Positions 16,866 to 24,692 of a stretch of DNA of 50,432 bases are shown one piece after another; positions within the stretch are counted from its first letter, which is position 1; each line of letters opens with the position of its first letter. The stretch is taken from the IMG/VR virus record IMGVR_UViG_3300047388_000082, positions 1 to 50,432 of that record; one strand, given 5' to 3'. Under the pieces are notes generated by a model. The model had not been told where the DNA came from and did not search any database. It saw only the letters and a list, made by a program, of their open reading frames with translations. Source of the DNA: a virus (taxonomy: Duplodnaviria; Caudoviricetes). A program made the translations under genes and the position numbers.

Positions 16866-18634
16866 TAGGCGATTGCCACCTCCTCGGTGGTTGTGATGTT
16901 GAGTGCACGAATGAAGTCCTCGCCAACGGCGTTGACCTCGCTGTTCTCGATGCAGTAGATGAGGTTGAGCCTCTCGCCCTTGGTGAGCGGGAGCTCGTTG
17001 AAGATGAAGCTCAGACCGTCCTGCCATCCCAAGATGAGGGCAGCCTGTGCCTCGTCGTTGATGTCGTCGAAGTGCTTGTTGACGAACGCGTGATCGTCGA
17101 ACTTGTCAGCGTCGACCTCTTGCTCCGACGTGGCCCAGGCGACCATCGCCTGACAGAGGGCCATGTACGCGTGGATCTTGTGCATGTTGGCCGACGTGTT
17201 GAACACGCGGAACTCGAACGTGCACTTCCCTAGACGACACTCGCACTCGTCCCACGAGTCGTAGCGGACAGCACCACAGGTGCAGTTGCGAGTGAAGCTG
17301 CTGATGTAGTTCTGGAACGAGAGGGCGTTGTACCGATCCATCTCGTTGTCCATTTGCCGGCCGAAGGCCAGCTTGGTCTTGGCTCCTTTGGGCGTGGGCT
17401 GGCAGTAGTGCAGCCCGTTTGTGACCGCCCTATGCATGGGCCACTTGGCGGCACCGAGGCGGAAGATCAGATCCTCCATGAAGCCCCAGATGACCCCCAG
17501 ACGCCATGCGTGCGCGATCCCGGCCTTCTCTGCCCCGACGTGGATATGCAGCCCACACCGGAGGTCGAGCCAAACCTCCTTCGACTTGATCTGTGCCTGG
17601 ATGATCTGCAACGCCTGCCGAAGCTGGCGGATGTCCGTGCGGTTGGCGATGTTCAGCGGCGGGGAGACAAGCTCCCAGTCCACCGAGCTATCGCGCTCGA
17701 GCGACCAGAAGCGGGAATCCGAACCCATGCTGGTCTGCTCGTGATAGCTACCGAGCTCTGCGTGCGGGGTGAGTCCTCGCGCGAAGAGGGCTGCGCCTAG
17801 ACTGCGCCAGCTTCCCCCGCCTTCGATCTCGATACCGACACGCCGGACGTTCTCACGTCCTGGGATGAGCGGGATGATGAGGTCGGCTTCGAGGACGTTG
17901 GTTTCTTCCTCGACCTCGCGGTTCTCTATCGAGGGCAGCTCAGCGTTTCTGTTCGGGTAGCAGTCCTCGCAGTACCCATCTTCGAGGTAGCTCGTCTCGT
18001 AGTCGCATCCGGTACAGCGACCAGGAATACAGTCCTCACACACCGCTCCGCCGTGGTAGTCGGAGTAGATGGTGAGTTCCCGCACAGTGCCCTCAGAACA
18101 AGAAGCACAACGGACGCGCTCCCCGCCTGCATGTGCAGCACAGAAGCGATGCGGGTACGCAGTTGGAGCTGCACACTCGACACAGCTCACGGTGTGAACC
18201 GGACAGACAATCCACTCCTCATCCGTGAAGAGAGGCGATCCCTCAGTTCCGTACCTACCGCACCAGTAGCAACCGAGGCTTGGCGCGTCCCAAGGAGTGT
18301 CTTGATCGGCGCTGAGGTTGCTGAACACCACCCTGTTCGGCGGCGGTGCAGGGCTAGGTGGTGTTGGTGTGTTGTTCGAGTTCAGATACGAGCTGAGTAT
18401 CTCGCTGTAGTTGGCGATCTGGTGGGTCGGGGCGTCATCGTTCTCTACCCAGCCCTCAGGCTGAGGTTGCGGTTGCCTGTACCGCTGCTCACAGTCGATG
18501 CACCCCGGCTGTCCGCAGTCGGCGTCACCGGGTCTTTCTCCAATGTGCGATTCGCTATGCCCCTCCCACAGCGTGCAGAGAGGCTGCGAGCAAGGCCCAG
18601 GAGGGACTTGCTGTTCGTCCGTAGTTTCAGGCAT
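16865..18634 (-). CDS. Amidoligase (COOH-NH2 ligase) with CxxC-rich N-terminus
   Basis: VGIEIE, DSSV...ELVSPPL, CGLHIHV, RYNALSF, TFEFRVFN. Confidence 0.88.
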   Translation of the reverse strand: MPETTDEQQVPPGPCSQPLCTLWEGHSESHIGERPGDADCGQPGCIDCEQRYRQPQPQPEGWVENDDAPTHQIANYSEILSSYLNSNNTPTPPSPAPPPNRVVFSNLSADQDTPWDAPSLGCYWCGRYGTEGSPLFTDEEWIVCPVHTVSCVECAAPTAYPHRFCAAHAGGERVRCASCSEGTVRELTIYSDYHGGAVCEDCIPGRCTGCDYETSYLEDGYCEDCYPNRNAELPSIENREVEEETNVLEADLIIPLIPGRENVRRVGIEIEGGGSWRSLGAALFARGLTPHAELGSYHEQTSMGSDSRFWSLERDSSVDWELVSPPLNIANRTDIRQLRQALQIIQAQIKSKEVWLDLRCGLHIHVGAEKAGIAHAWRLGVIWGFMEDLIFRLGAAKWPMHRAVTNGLHYCQPTPKGAKTKLAFGRQMDNEMDRYNALSFQNYISSFTRNCTCGAVRYDSWDECECRLGKCTFEFRVFNTSANMHKIHAYMALCQAMVAWATSEQEVDADKFDDHAFVNKHFDDINDEAQAALILGWQDGLSFIFNELPLTKGERLNLIYCIENSEVNAVGEDFIRALNITTTEEVAIA

Positions 18635-18642
18635 TCATCCTC

Positions 18643-18783
18643 CTAGTGGATGCCAAGCAGTTGAGGTACGAGGTTGAGCACCGGGACTTTCTCCCAGATG
18701 GCGTGCTCCAGCGGAAAAGCCACGCTGTTGGCGATGCACCAGACGCAGATGCGCCGGCACTTGTGATTACCACCCGCTGCCAT
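18643..18783 (-). CDS. 46-aa peptide
   Basis: GAGGA RBS; MAAGGNHKCRRICVWCIANSVAFPLEHAIWEKVP... Confidence 0.45.
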   Translation of the reverse strand: MAAGGNHKCRRICVWCIANSVAFPLEHAIWEKVPVLNLVPQLLGIH

Positions 18784-19588
18784 TGCAGTCCTCGCAGCAG
18801 TAGCCGTCGTCGCCGTCACCGTAGTAGTCGTCATCCCCGGCGTACTCATGTCCTTCCGGGAAGACAGGGTTCGCCACCTTGTCCATCAGGACTAGACTGG
18901 CGACCTTCGCGGTCTTGGTACGTGAGAGCAGCTGGGCGCTATCGGCACAGGTCAGGATCGTCTTGCGCTTCTTGACCGTCTCCAGGAACGCCTGCCCGAA
19001 GTACACCCAGGCGGCTGCGTGGTTGAAGTTGAGCGTGCCCTCGTGCTGACGAATCTCGATCGTGCCGTGTTCGTCAAGGGACGAGATATTCAGAGCAGCG
19101 AACCGCTCTGAGAAGTACTTGGGCTTGTTCTTGTAGGCGTCGTCACCGTCTCTGTAGATGGAGCCTGACTTGATCTGGGCGATCTTGTGCTCGTTCCAGT
19201 AGTCCGCGTAGCAGGCCCAGTAGTTCCCCCGCCTGTACTCGGACACGAACTTGCTGATGTGCTCACGGTTGGCGCTCCACGTCTCCACCAACTTCATGGT
19301 GAGGTCGTCATCGTCGACGAACTCAGGAGCGTCGTGGTGGACGTGCAGGCCGTCCTCGGCGGTCACAGTGGCGTCGTTATCGACAAGCAGCTCCATGACC
19401 TTCTTGAGCTCGAGCAGGCCCTTGGCCCCCCGCAGGATGGGGGACGGAATCTCTGTGCCACTACCGTCCTGATGGATGTACATGTCTGCCCAGGACTTGA
19501 AGCCGTTGTCCCTGAGCAACTCCTTCGCACGCACAGGGCCACCAGGAAGGTCACACTCGATCTCGACTCCGAATGCTCTAGCGCGCAT
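18767..19588 (-). CDS. Amidoligase (COOH-NH2 ligase), second paralog
   Basis: FGVEIE, DGS...EIPSPIL, GLHVHH, RFAALN, GTIEIRQHEGTLN. Confidence 0.92.
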   Translation of the reverse strand: MRARAFGVEIECDLPGGPVRAKELLRDNGFKSWADMYIHQDGSGTEIPSPILRGAKGLLELKKVMELLVDNDATVTAEDGLHVHHDAPEFVDDDDLTMKLVETWSANREHISKFVSEYRRGNYWACYADYWNEHKIAQIKSGSIYRDGDDAYKNKPKYFSERFAALNISSLDEHGTIEIRQHEGTLNFNHAAAWVYFGQAFLETVKKRKTILTCADSAQLLSRTKTAKVASLVLMDKVANPVFPEGHEYAGDDDYYGDGDDGYCCEDCNGSGW

Positions 19589-19745
19589 TCTTGGCCCCCC
19601 GGATCAGGGTGGCAACGAGATCGTCCACGCCTAGACTGCGCGTGGTAGAGGCCGGCAAGAGCGCACCAACTGGGGTGCCGTGCTGCTGATGCTTCGGCGC
19701 GAGCTTGGCGTTCCGCTCGACCGGAAGCGACAAACGAATCTGCAT
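19578..19745 (-). CDS. Small hypothetical protein
   Basis: GAAGGAGG RBS, MQIRLSLP start. Confidence 0.6.
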   Translation of the reverse strand: MQIRLSLPVERNAKLAPKHQQHGTPVGALLPASTTRSLGVDDLVATLIRGAKNAR

Positions 19746-19797
19746 AAGAGATTCGCCCTCCTTCGGGTTGTTGATGAACCGCCGTACTTGCAGCGGA

Positions 19798-19880
19798 TGG
19801 ACCACGCGGGGATCGAACCCGCCCGAATGTCTGCCCCGCGCTCTTGGGAAGCGCTAAGGCGCTGAGAGCGACATTGGCCC
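19798..19880 (-). ncRNA. Atypical tRNA-like element (83 nt)
   Basis: GGGCCA/TGGTCC-A acceptor, T arm GCGGG-TTCGATC-CCCGC, arm GCGCT-TCCCAAG-AGCGC; no canonical D loop. Confidence 0.6.
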
Positions 19881-19976
19881 TACCAGGGAGGCCCCGAGTG
19901 GGGAGCTAGGCTCCCCGTGGTACGTCAAGGCTTGGCGAGAGGAATCACCACTAGTACGCCTAGACTCACGACAGCT

Positions 19977-20240
19977 TCAAGGACGTGAATCGCATTCTGG
20001 ATCATCGAACGCCCAGTCCTCCTCTCCCCACTTCGCCCAGTCGTAAGGAGCGTCTGCCGCACCTAGACTCGCGGGTGCGGCGTCAAGGAGCACGCGCTCC
20101 AAATCTGCCGTCCCGTAGTGCGCTTCTAGACTGACGCGGACGTCACACTCGTCACACGCACCAGTCCTCTCGCCTCCCAAGCCACGCGCACAGTAGGCGC
20201 AGTAGCCGGGATCGAACTCGCCCTGATCTAGACTCTCCAT
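19977..20240 (-). CDS. Small Zn-ribbon protein
   Basis: GGAGG RBS; CAYC...CDEC. Confidence 0.65.
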   Translation of the reverse strand: MESLDQGEFDPGYCAYCARGLGGERTGACDECDVRVSLEAHYGTADLERVLLDAAPASLGAADAPYDWAKWGEEDWAFDDPECDSRP

Positions 20241-20410
20241 TCGACTACCTCCACATTGTCGAGACGTGCAAGACGGAGCACGTCGGTGAGGGACATCGTG
20301 CTGGCACACACGGGGATGACGATGGGGTCATCACCAGGAACAGGAAGCTCGATCCATTCGACCATGATGTCCTCGCGGGATTCACGAAGACACACGCGAA
20401 TCTTGCCCAT
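20228..20410 (-). CDS. Small hypothetical protein
   Basis: MGKIRVCLRE...; TAATG coupling. Confidence 0.55.
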   Translation of the reverse strand: MGKIRVCLRESREDIMVEWIELPVPGDDPIVIPVCASTMSLTDVLRLARLDNVEVVEWRV

Positions 20411-20574
20411 TACGACCACCTCACCATCAGGCCATCATCCCCAGCAACGTGGGTGGCGTAGTGGCCTTTGTTCTTGAGGCAGCGATTGCCAAACTTGTCG
20501 TACTTGTTGCACTGAGCACGACCGACCGTGATTGGCCTATGAAAGCGCACGATGCGGTTTCTCAGCCTAAGCAC
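20410..20574 (-). CDS. 54-aa protein with C..C..GH..H metal-binding pattern
   Basis: MLRLRNRIV...QCNK...RCLKNKGHYATH...WS*; coupled at both ends. Confidence 0.6.
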   Translation of the reverse strand: MLRLRNRIVRFHRPITVGRAQCNKYDKFGNRCLKNKGHYATHVAGDDGLMVRWS

Positions 20575-20765
20575 TAGCAGGCCACACAGTCAGGGTTGTC
20601 ACACGTCACAGAGCCGTTGTACGGCTCCATGCAGTACGAGAGGCAACAGCCCTCCACAGAGCGAAGGTCGTGCGGGGTCGGAGTCTCGCGCATGATGCGG
20701 TCGAGCTCGCGATCGTATGCGGGCTCATCACCCGCCGTGTCTAGACTGACCATTCTGTAGGTCAT
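20574..20765 (-). CDS. Small Cys-rich protein
   Basis: GAAAGGAA RBS; MTYRMVSLD...CCLSYC...CDNPDCVAC. Confidence 0.65.
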   Translation of the reverse strand: MTYRMVSLDTAGDEPAYDRELDRIMRETPTPHDLRSVEGCCLSYCMEPYNGSVTCDNPDCVAC

Positions 20766-20790
20766 CGTACTTCCTTTCGAGTCGGGTTGG

Positions 20791-21420
20791 TTAGCCACAC
20801 GAGCCGTGGTACTGCGCGGGCAGGCTGTTGTGCCACCGCTGCGCCCAATCTTGGAGGGCTGCGAGGGCAGGGTTGGGGACTGTCGTGGTGACAGCCACGA
20901 GGGTGCTGAACCGAACCTTGCGAACCACCTTGACCACACGCTTGTACGTGGTCAGTGGGACGGTGGCGGCGTAGCCGAAGAACTGGACTGCGTACTGCTT
21001 GACCAGCCCAAGGGCTGTGCAGTCTGTGATCGCTTCGTCGCTGATTCCACGCTGGTGCACTGACTCGTGGATGAGCGTCTTGATGGCGATGGAGGCGTAG
21101 ACGACACCAACGTCGTAACCAGCGTCCAGTGCCTCGAGCGCGTCACAGGCACGTGGCCCGATGTAGACCACAGGCGTGCCGATGTTCGTGAACCCGTCAG
21201 TGTCCACGGTGACTCCGTGCTGCCCTTCTAGACTCACCCATTCGAGGTCTGAGTCCACACAGTCCACCGTGACGTTGTGACCAGCGACCATCGAGGCCAC
21301 ATGATCCAGGTACGCATAGTCGGTACCACCGACAGCGGGCTGCGTACTCCTTGTGAACATCGCCGTCACCGCAAACACCACGGTGGAGAGGATGAACAAG
21401 ATGGTGAGCTTGCGAAGCAT
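20791..21420 (-). CDS. Exported HEXXH zinc-metalloprotease-like protein
   Basis: N-terminal signal peptide/TM (MLRKLTILFILSTVVFAV); TLIHESVHQRGISDE. Confidence 0.75.
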   Translation of the reverse strand: MLRKLTILFILSTVVFAVTAMFTRSTQPAVGGTDYAYLDHVASMVAGHNVTVDCVDSDLEWVSLEGQHGVTVDTDGFTNIGTPVVYIGPRACDALEALDAGYDVGVVYASIAIKTLIHESVHQRGISDEAITDCTALGLVKQYAVQFFGYAATVPLTTYKRVVKVVRKVRFSTLVAVTTTVPNPALAALQDWAQRWHNSLPAQYHGSCG

Positions 21421-21629
21421 TACGCTCCCTTCGCGGTGTTGAAAACGGTTGACCGAACCTGGTACCCGAACAGAGCCAAGACCTGCTCGCCAATGTCCTG
21501 CGCGGTGTTGAGCTTCCCATCGCTCACGATCACGACAGGGGTTGATCCCATCACGTTAGACACGCGCAGAATGGTGTCTTGGTACTCGATGAAATCGTTG
21601 AGGGTTGCGGTTGCAAGCTCGATGGACAT
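21420..21629 (-). CDS. Small hypothetical protein
   Basis: AGGAGG RBS, MSIELAT start. Confidence 0.7.
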   Translation of the reverse strand: MSIELATATLNDFIEYQDTILRVSNVMGSTPVVIVSDGKLNTAQDIGEQVLALFGYQVRSTVFNTAKGA

Positions 21630-21751
21630 AGCTATCCCTCCTAGGGATGTGTGGTTGAAAGGGAGCACGGGTTGGAGACGCTGCGTCTAAAGCGTGGATG
21701 GCCCGTGCAAGGCCGAAGGCCGCGACTGTGAGCGCACCTCCGACCGTGTGA

Positions 21752-22252
21752 CTAGCGGTACTCGCCGATCAGGTCGATCGCGTCGCCGCGAGTCTCAACC
21801 GTCTCGTCGCCGATCTGGATGGTGACGAAGATCTCTTCGTCAAGATCCTGTGCGATCTGGATGAGCGCACCGAGCTGGCGAGGAGTGATGTACGCCTCAA
21901 CATCGGCCACCTTGACAGCAGCTTTGGCCTCAGTCAGCTTCGCTGCCTGCTCCGTGAGCGCCTTGGCCTGCTCCAGGAGAGCCTGCACGTCATCGTCGAC
22001 GCGAGGCACCGTGGTCGATGCCCGAGTTGCACTCACCTTCGGTGCGCCTAGACCTTCGACAGCCGGCCCAAACATGGTGCAGTAGAGGTTGAACTTGGAC
22101 TTCGAGTTCAGCGGCTCGAACTCGCTCCACAACTCCTGAACAGGAGCGAGGCCCGACTTGGCAGACGCCGAAGCGAACTGCTTGAAACCAGCCTTCATTC
22201 CGTCTTCGACGGCCGTGAGGACGTGGGACGGGGTGCGGGTGATGCTGGACAC
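21752..22252 (-). CDS. Hypothetical early protein
   Basis: AAAGGAGG RBS; ORF track. Confidence 0.8.
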   Translation of the reverse strand: MSSITRTPSHVLTAVEDGMKAGFKQFASASAKSGLAPVQELWSEFEPLNSKSKFNLYCTMFGPAVEGLGAPKVSATRASTTVPRVDDDVQALLEQAKALTEQAAKLTEAKAAVKVADVEAYITPRQLGALIQIAQDLDEEIFVTIQIGDETVETRGDAIDLIGEYR

Positions 22253-22319
22253 AACTTCCTCCTTTGGAGGTACAGCCTGTTGCTTGTGGTCGGCACAAGC
22301 ACCGTTCAGTGCGACTCCC

Positions 22320-22562
22320 TTACAGGGAGAGACAGGACAGGCAGCGATTGACTCGCCGACCGTCCCTCGAAACTGTCACAACGGTGGAACCGTCCTGGGG
22401 GCACGTGGCCCGACCAGCCGAGCGCGTCATCCACACCTTGGGCTCGTTAGATGCCCGAGGGTGCATGGGATCTTCGATCCGGTAGAAGCGCGGTGAAGCG
22501 AACTCGCAGTCAAGCTCGGCGACACGAGGAGTGCCGACGCCTTGCATCCTGATTCTGGGCAC
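22320..22562 (-). CDS. 80-aa protein with C-terminal Zn ribbon; first plausible early CDS
   Basis: GAAGGGAG RBS + GTG; CPQDG...CLSC. Confidence 0.55.
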   Translation of the reverse strand: MPRIRMQGVGTPRVAELDCEFASPRFYRIEDPMHPRASNEPKVWMTRSAGRATCPQDGSTVVTVSRDGRRVNRCLSCLSL

Positions 22563-22586
22563 AGTGCTCCCTTCGTCGTGGGTGGG

Positions 22587-22639
22587 TGGAAGCAGACGGG
22601 AGGGAATCGAACCCTCACACTTTCGCTCCAGCCGTCCGC
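22587..22639 (-). ncRNA. Miniature tRNA-like module (acceptor stem + T arm, no anticodon arm)
   Basis: GCGGACGG/CCGTCTGC 8-bp stem, GAGGG-TTCGATT-CCCTC T arm, 3' TTCCA. Confidence 0.7.
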
Positions 22640-23202
22640 ATTGAGGCTCGTACTCGGGCGGGGATACCATCCCCCCGCATGTAGCCGCTTTTCTGATCGG
22701 GGCGCCCTTACACCTTCGGTGTAGAGCTGCACTTGCCGACCCTTGGCCCCGCCGTGTCTGGGGCATCGTGCGTCTACGCGGTTCGCCTTGCGTGCTCGTC
22801 CGTTGCGTGTGGATCTCTCGTCGATGCCATCACAGCTTTGCTGTGTCAACGCCTCCACCTAGTCACATCACGTAGTCACTACGTGACCCCGGTTACAGGG
22901 CACTCCAGCACGGTCGTTACACCGAAGGTGTGTGAGCCTGATCTGCCTGCGGGCCAGCATCTTGACCATGCGAGTGATCGCATAGCTTCGCCACGCCTCT
23001 GGACAGGGGCCATATCCACGCCAGGGGGTTTCACCCAAGCGGGTGAGCAGTTGAGCGACTGCTCGGGTTGGCGCACTCGTCGCCTGGCACGCTCATGCCT
23101 GATGACTGCGCTGCCTGTGACCGCACCATGCGGGGGTCACGTGAAGCGTTATGCCGGGTGGCCCGTCAGTAGCGGGTGACTCGGCACCGGACTGCTCCGG
23201 CC
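22587..23202 (-). ncRNA. Candidate large structured ncRNA (~610 nt)
   Basis: Follows a consensus promoter; no credible ORF or RBS; more than 15 hairpins with nested closing helices; ends in a tRNA-like module. Confidence 0.65.
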
Positions 23203-23207
23203 GACAC

Positions 23208-23236
23208 AACTTAGGGATGCCCGGCAGGAATGTCAA
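23208..23236 (-). promoter_or_regulatory. Housekeeping-sigma early promoter
   Basis: TTGACA (23236-23231), 17-nt spacer, TAAGTT (23213-23208). Confidence 0.85.
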
Positions 23237-23473
23237 GCGAAATCTTCAAATCGTCTCGCAAACCCGCATGGTTGAGCCAAATATCCGTCCCGATATCTCG
23301 CATTAGCGTGCATGACCCAGGTGCATGACCGGCGCGTCACGGGCACTTGCAGGTCAGTCGTGAAACGACCGCGAGCTCGGGCAGGGCTGCGAGGGGTGGA
23401 ACCCCGGTGAGCGCATGCTGGCGGGCGCTGACGTAGGCAAGGTGCGCGCAAGGCGCCCATACGCGAGAGGCGA

Positions 23474-23515
23474 AAATGGGCCGGAAATGGGCTTCCAAAA
23501 GGGGTCGAAATGGGC
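23474..23515 (+). repeat. Phased AAATGGGC repeats
   Basis: AAATGGGC at 23474, 23485 and 23508 plus variant AAAGGGGT at 23498. Confidence 0.7.
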
Positions 23516-24368
23516 TCGATAAACTCGTCGCCGTTTATGCCGTAACGGTGCAACCATGTTTATCGTGTTAAGCCGCATTTCCCTAGTGTTGATGCGGCAT
23601 AGCGGTGCAGTAGGGCAGGCTAGCGCCGCACCAGGGCTGGCATGGGTGGGGGTGTGCATGATGCGGGGTCACATGCGCCGCACTAGTGGGTGCATGTGGG
23701 TGTGTATGTGAGGGCTACGCCCTATGCATGCGCGCCCATATGTATGTGCATGTAACGCGCATGGAATGGGCGATTGAGGCGATTGTATGCAGAGTGTGTG
23801 AGTATGCCTCTATGAGGCATCATCTGGCTCGTCTGCCCTCATAAGGGGAAAACGTTAAGCCCCGTTTAGGGGTACTAAGTGTGAGTGTGTGAGACACCAT
23901 CTACATCAAATGTCCCCTCATGAAGGGTCTCGATATAGCAAAATTAGACCTCTGTAGTTCTTCTGTACTTAAGTACTTAGTACTACGAACGTTCTGACCC
24001 CTCTACAAGAATGACTATAGGAGCCAAATCCCTCCAGAGGGGGAAGAACTTCGGCGCTGGGACCAGAAATAGCGTTACAAAACCACCTCTACTTGCCTTG
24101 TTATAGGTAGAGGCCCATTTTTGGGACTCCCTACTTCGGGGAGGCACCGCTAAGGAGCAATCAGCCAGCGGTCTCCCTCCCCTACCACCTTGCGACGCTA
24201 GAGCTCGAGCGGCGCGAGACCGGATGAAGCCCCTGGGCTCTTGTGTAGAGAAGGTTGTCTGCGAACAGCTGGACCGTTTAGCGGCGGTTTGGTCTGCGTC
24301 AAAGACTTCCTCCCTCGCTCTTGAGTCTGGGGGCCTCTCGCCGGCTTTACACCCAATTTGGAGGTGAC

Positions 24369-24683
24369 ATGGCGAAGTTTGAACAGGGGATCGTGGTCCT
24401 GCACGCACCTCTGGGCCATGTGAACCAGACGGTCAACGTTACGGCCGCTCCCCTCAACGCTCTACCAGCACTAGATCGCATCCGCCGGGTGGTAATCCGG
24501 ACGGTTGACCAGCCAATCTGCTGGCGGGACGACGGTACTGCACCCACGAACACCACGGGGATGTACCTAGCCGCCGGGGACACGTTGGTCTACGACGGAA
24601 CCCGCGCCGATCAGCTCCAACTCATCCGCGCAATCACTGCCACTACCGACGCTGACGTTCGGTTGGCCTACTTCGGAGTCTAG
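24369..24683 (+). CDS. Small beta-rich virion protein (putative)
   Basis: GGAGG RBS, MAKFEQ start; first late gene. Confidence 0.7.
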   Translation: MAKFEQGIVVLHAPLGHVNQTVNVTAAPLNALPALDRIRRVVIRTVDQPICWRDDGTAPTNTTGMYLAAGDTLVYDGTRADQLQLIRAITATTDADVRLAYFGV

Positions 24684-24692
24684 AAAGGAACC

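Noticed and set aside
22587-23202. tmRNA, RNase P RNA, group II intron or hammerhead ribozyme
   Set aside because: No 5'/3' tmRNA acceptor pairing or tag frame, no GAGGAAAGUCC/P4 pairing, no domain V; CTGATGA at 23099 has no matching GAAA core
22427-24419. ORF-track ORFs across the central region (e.g. 22427-22858, 22733-23179, 23233-23553, 23983-24408)
   Set aside because: No RBS, atypical codon use and R/P/S/C-rich translations typical of spurious high-GC frames
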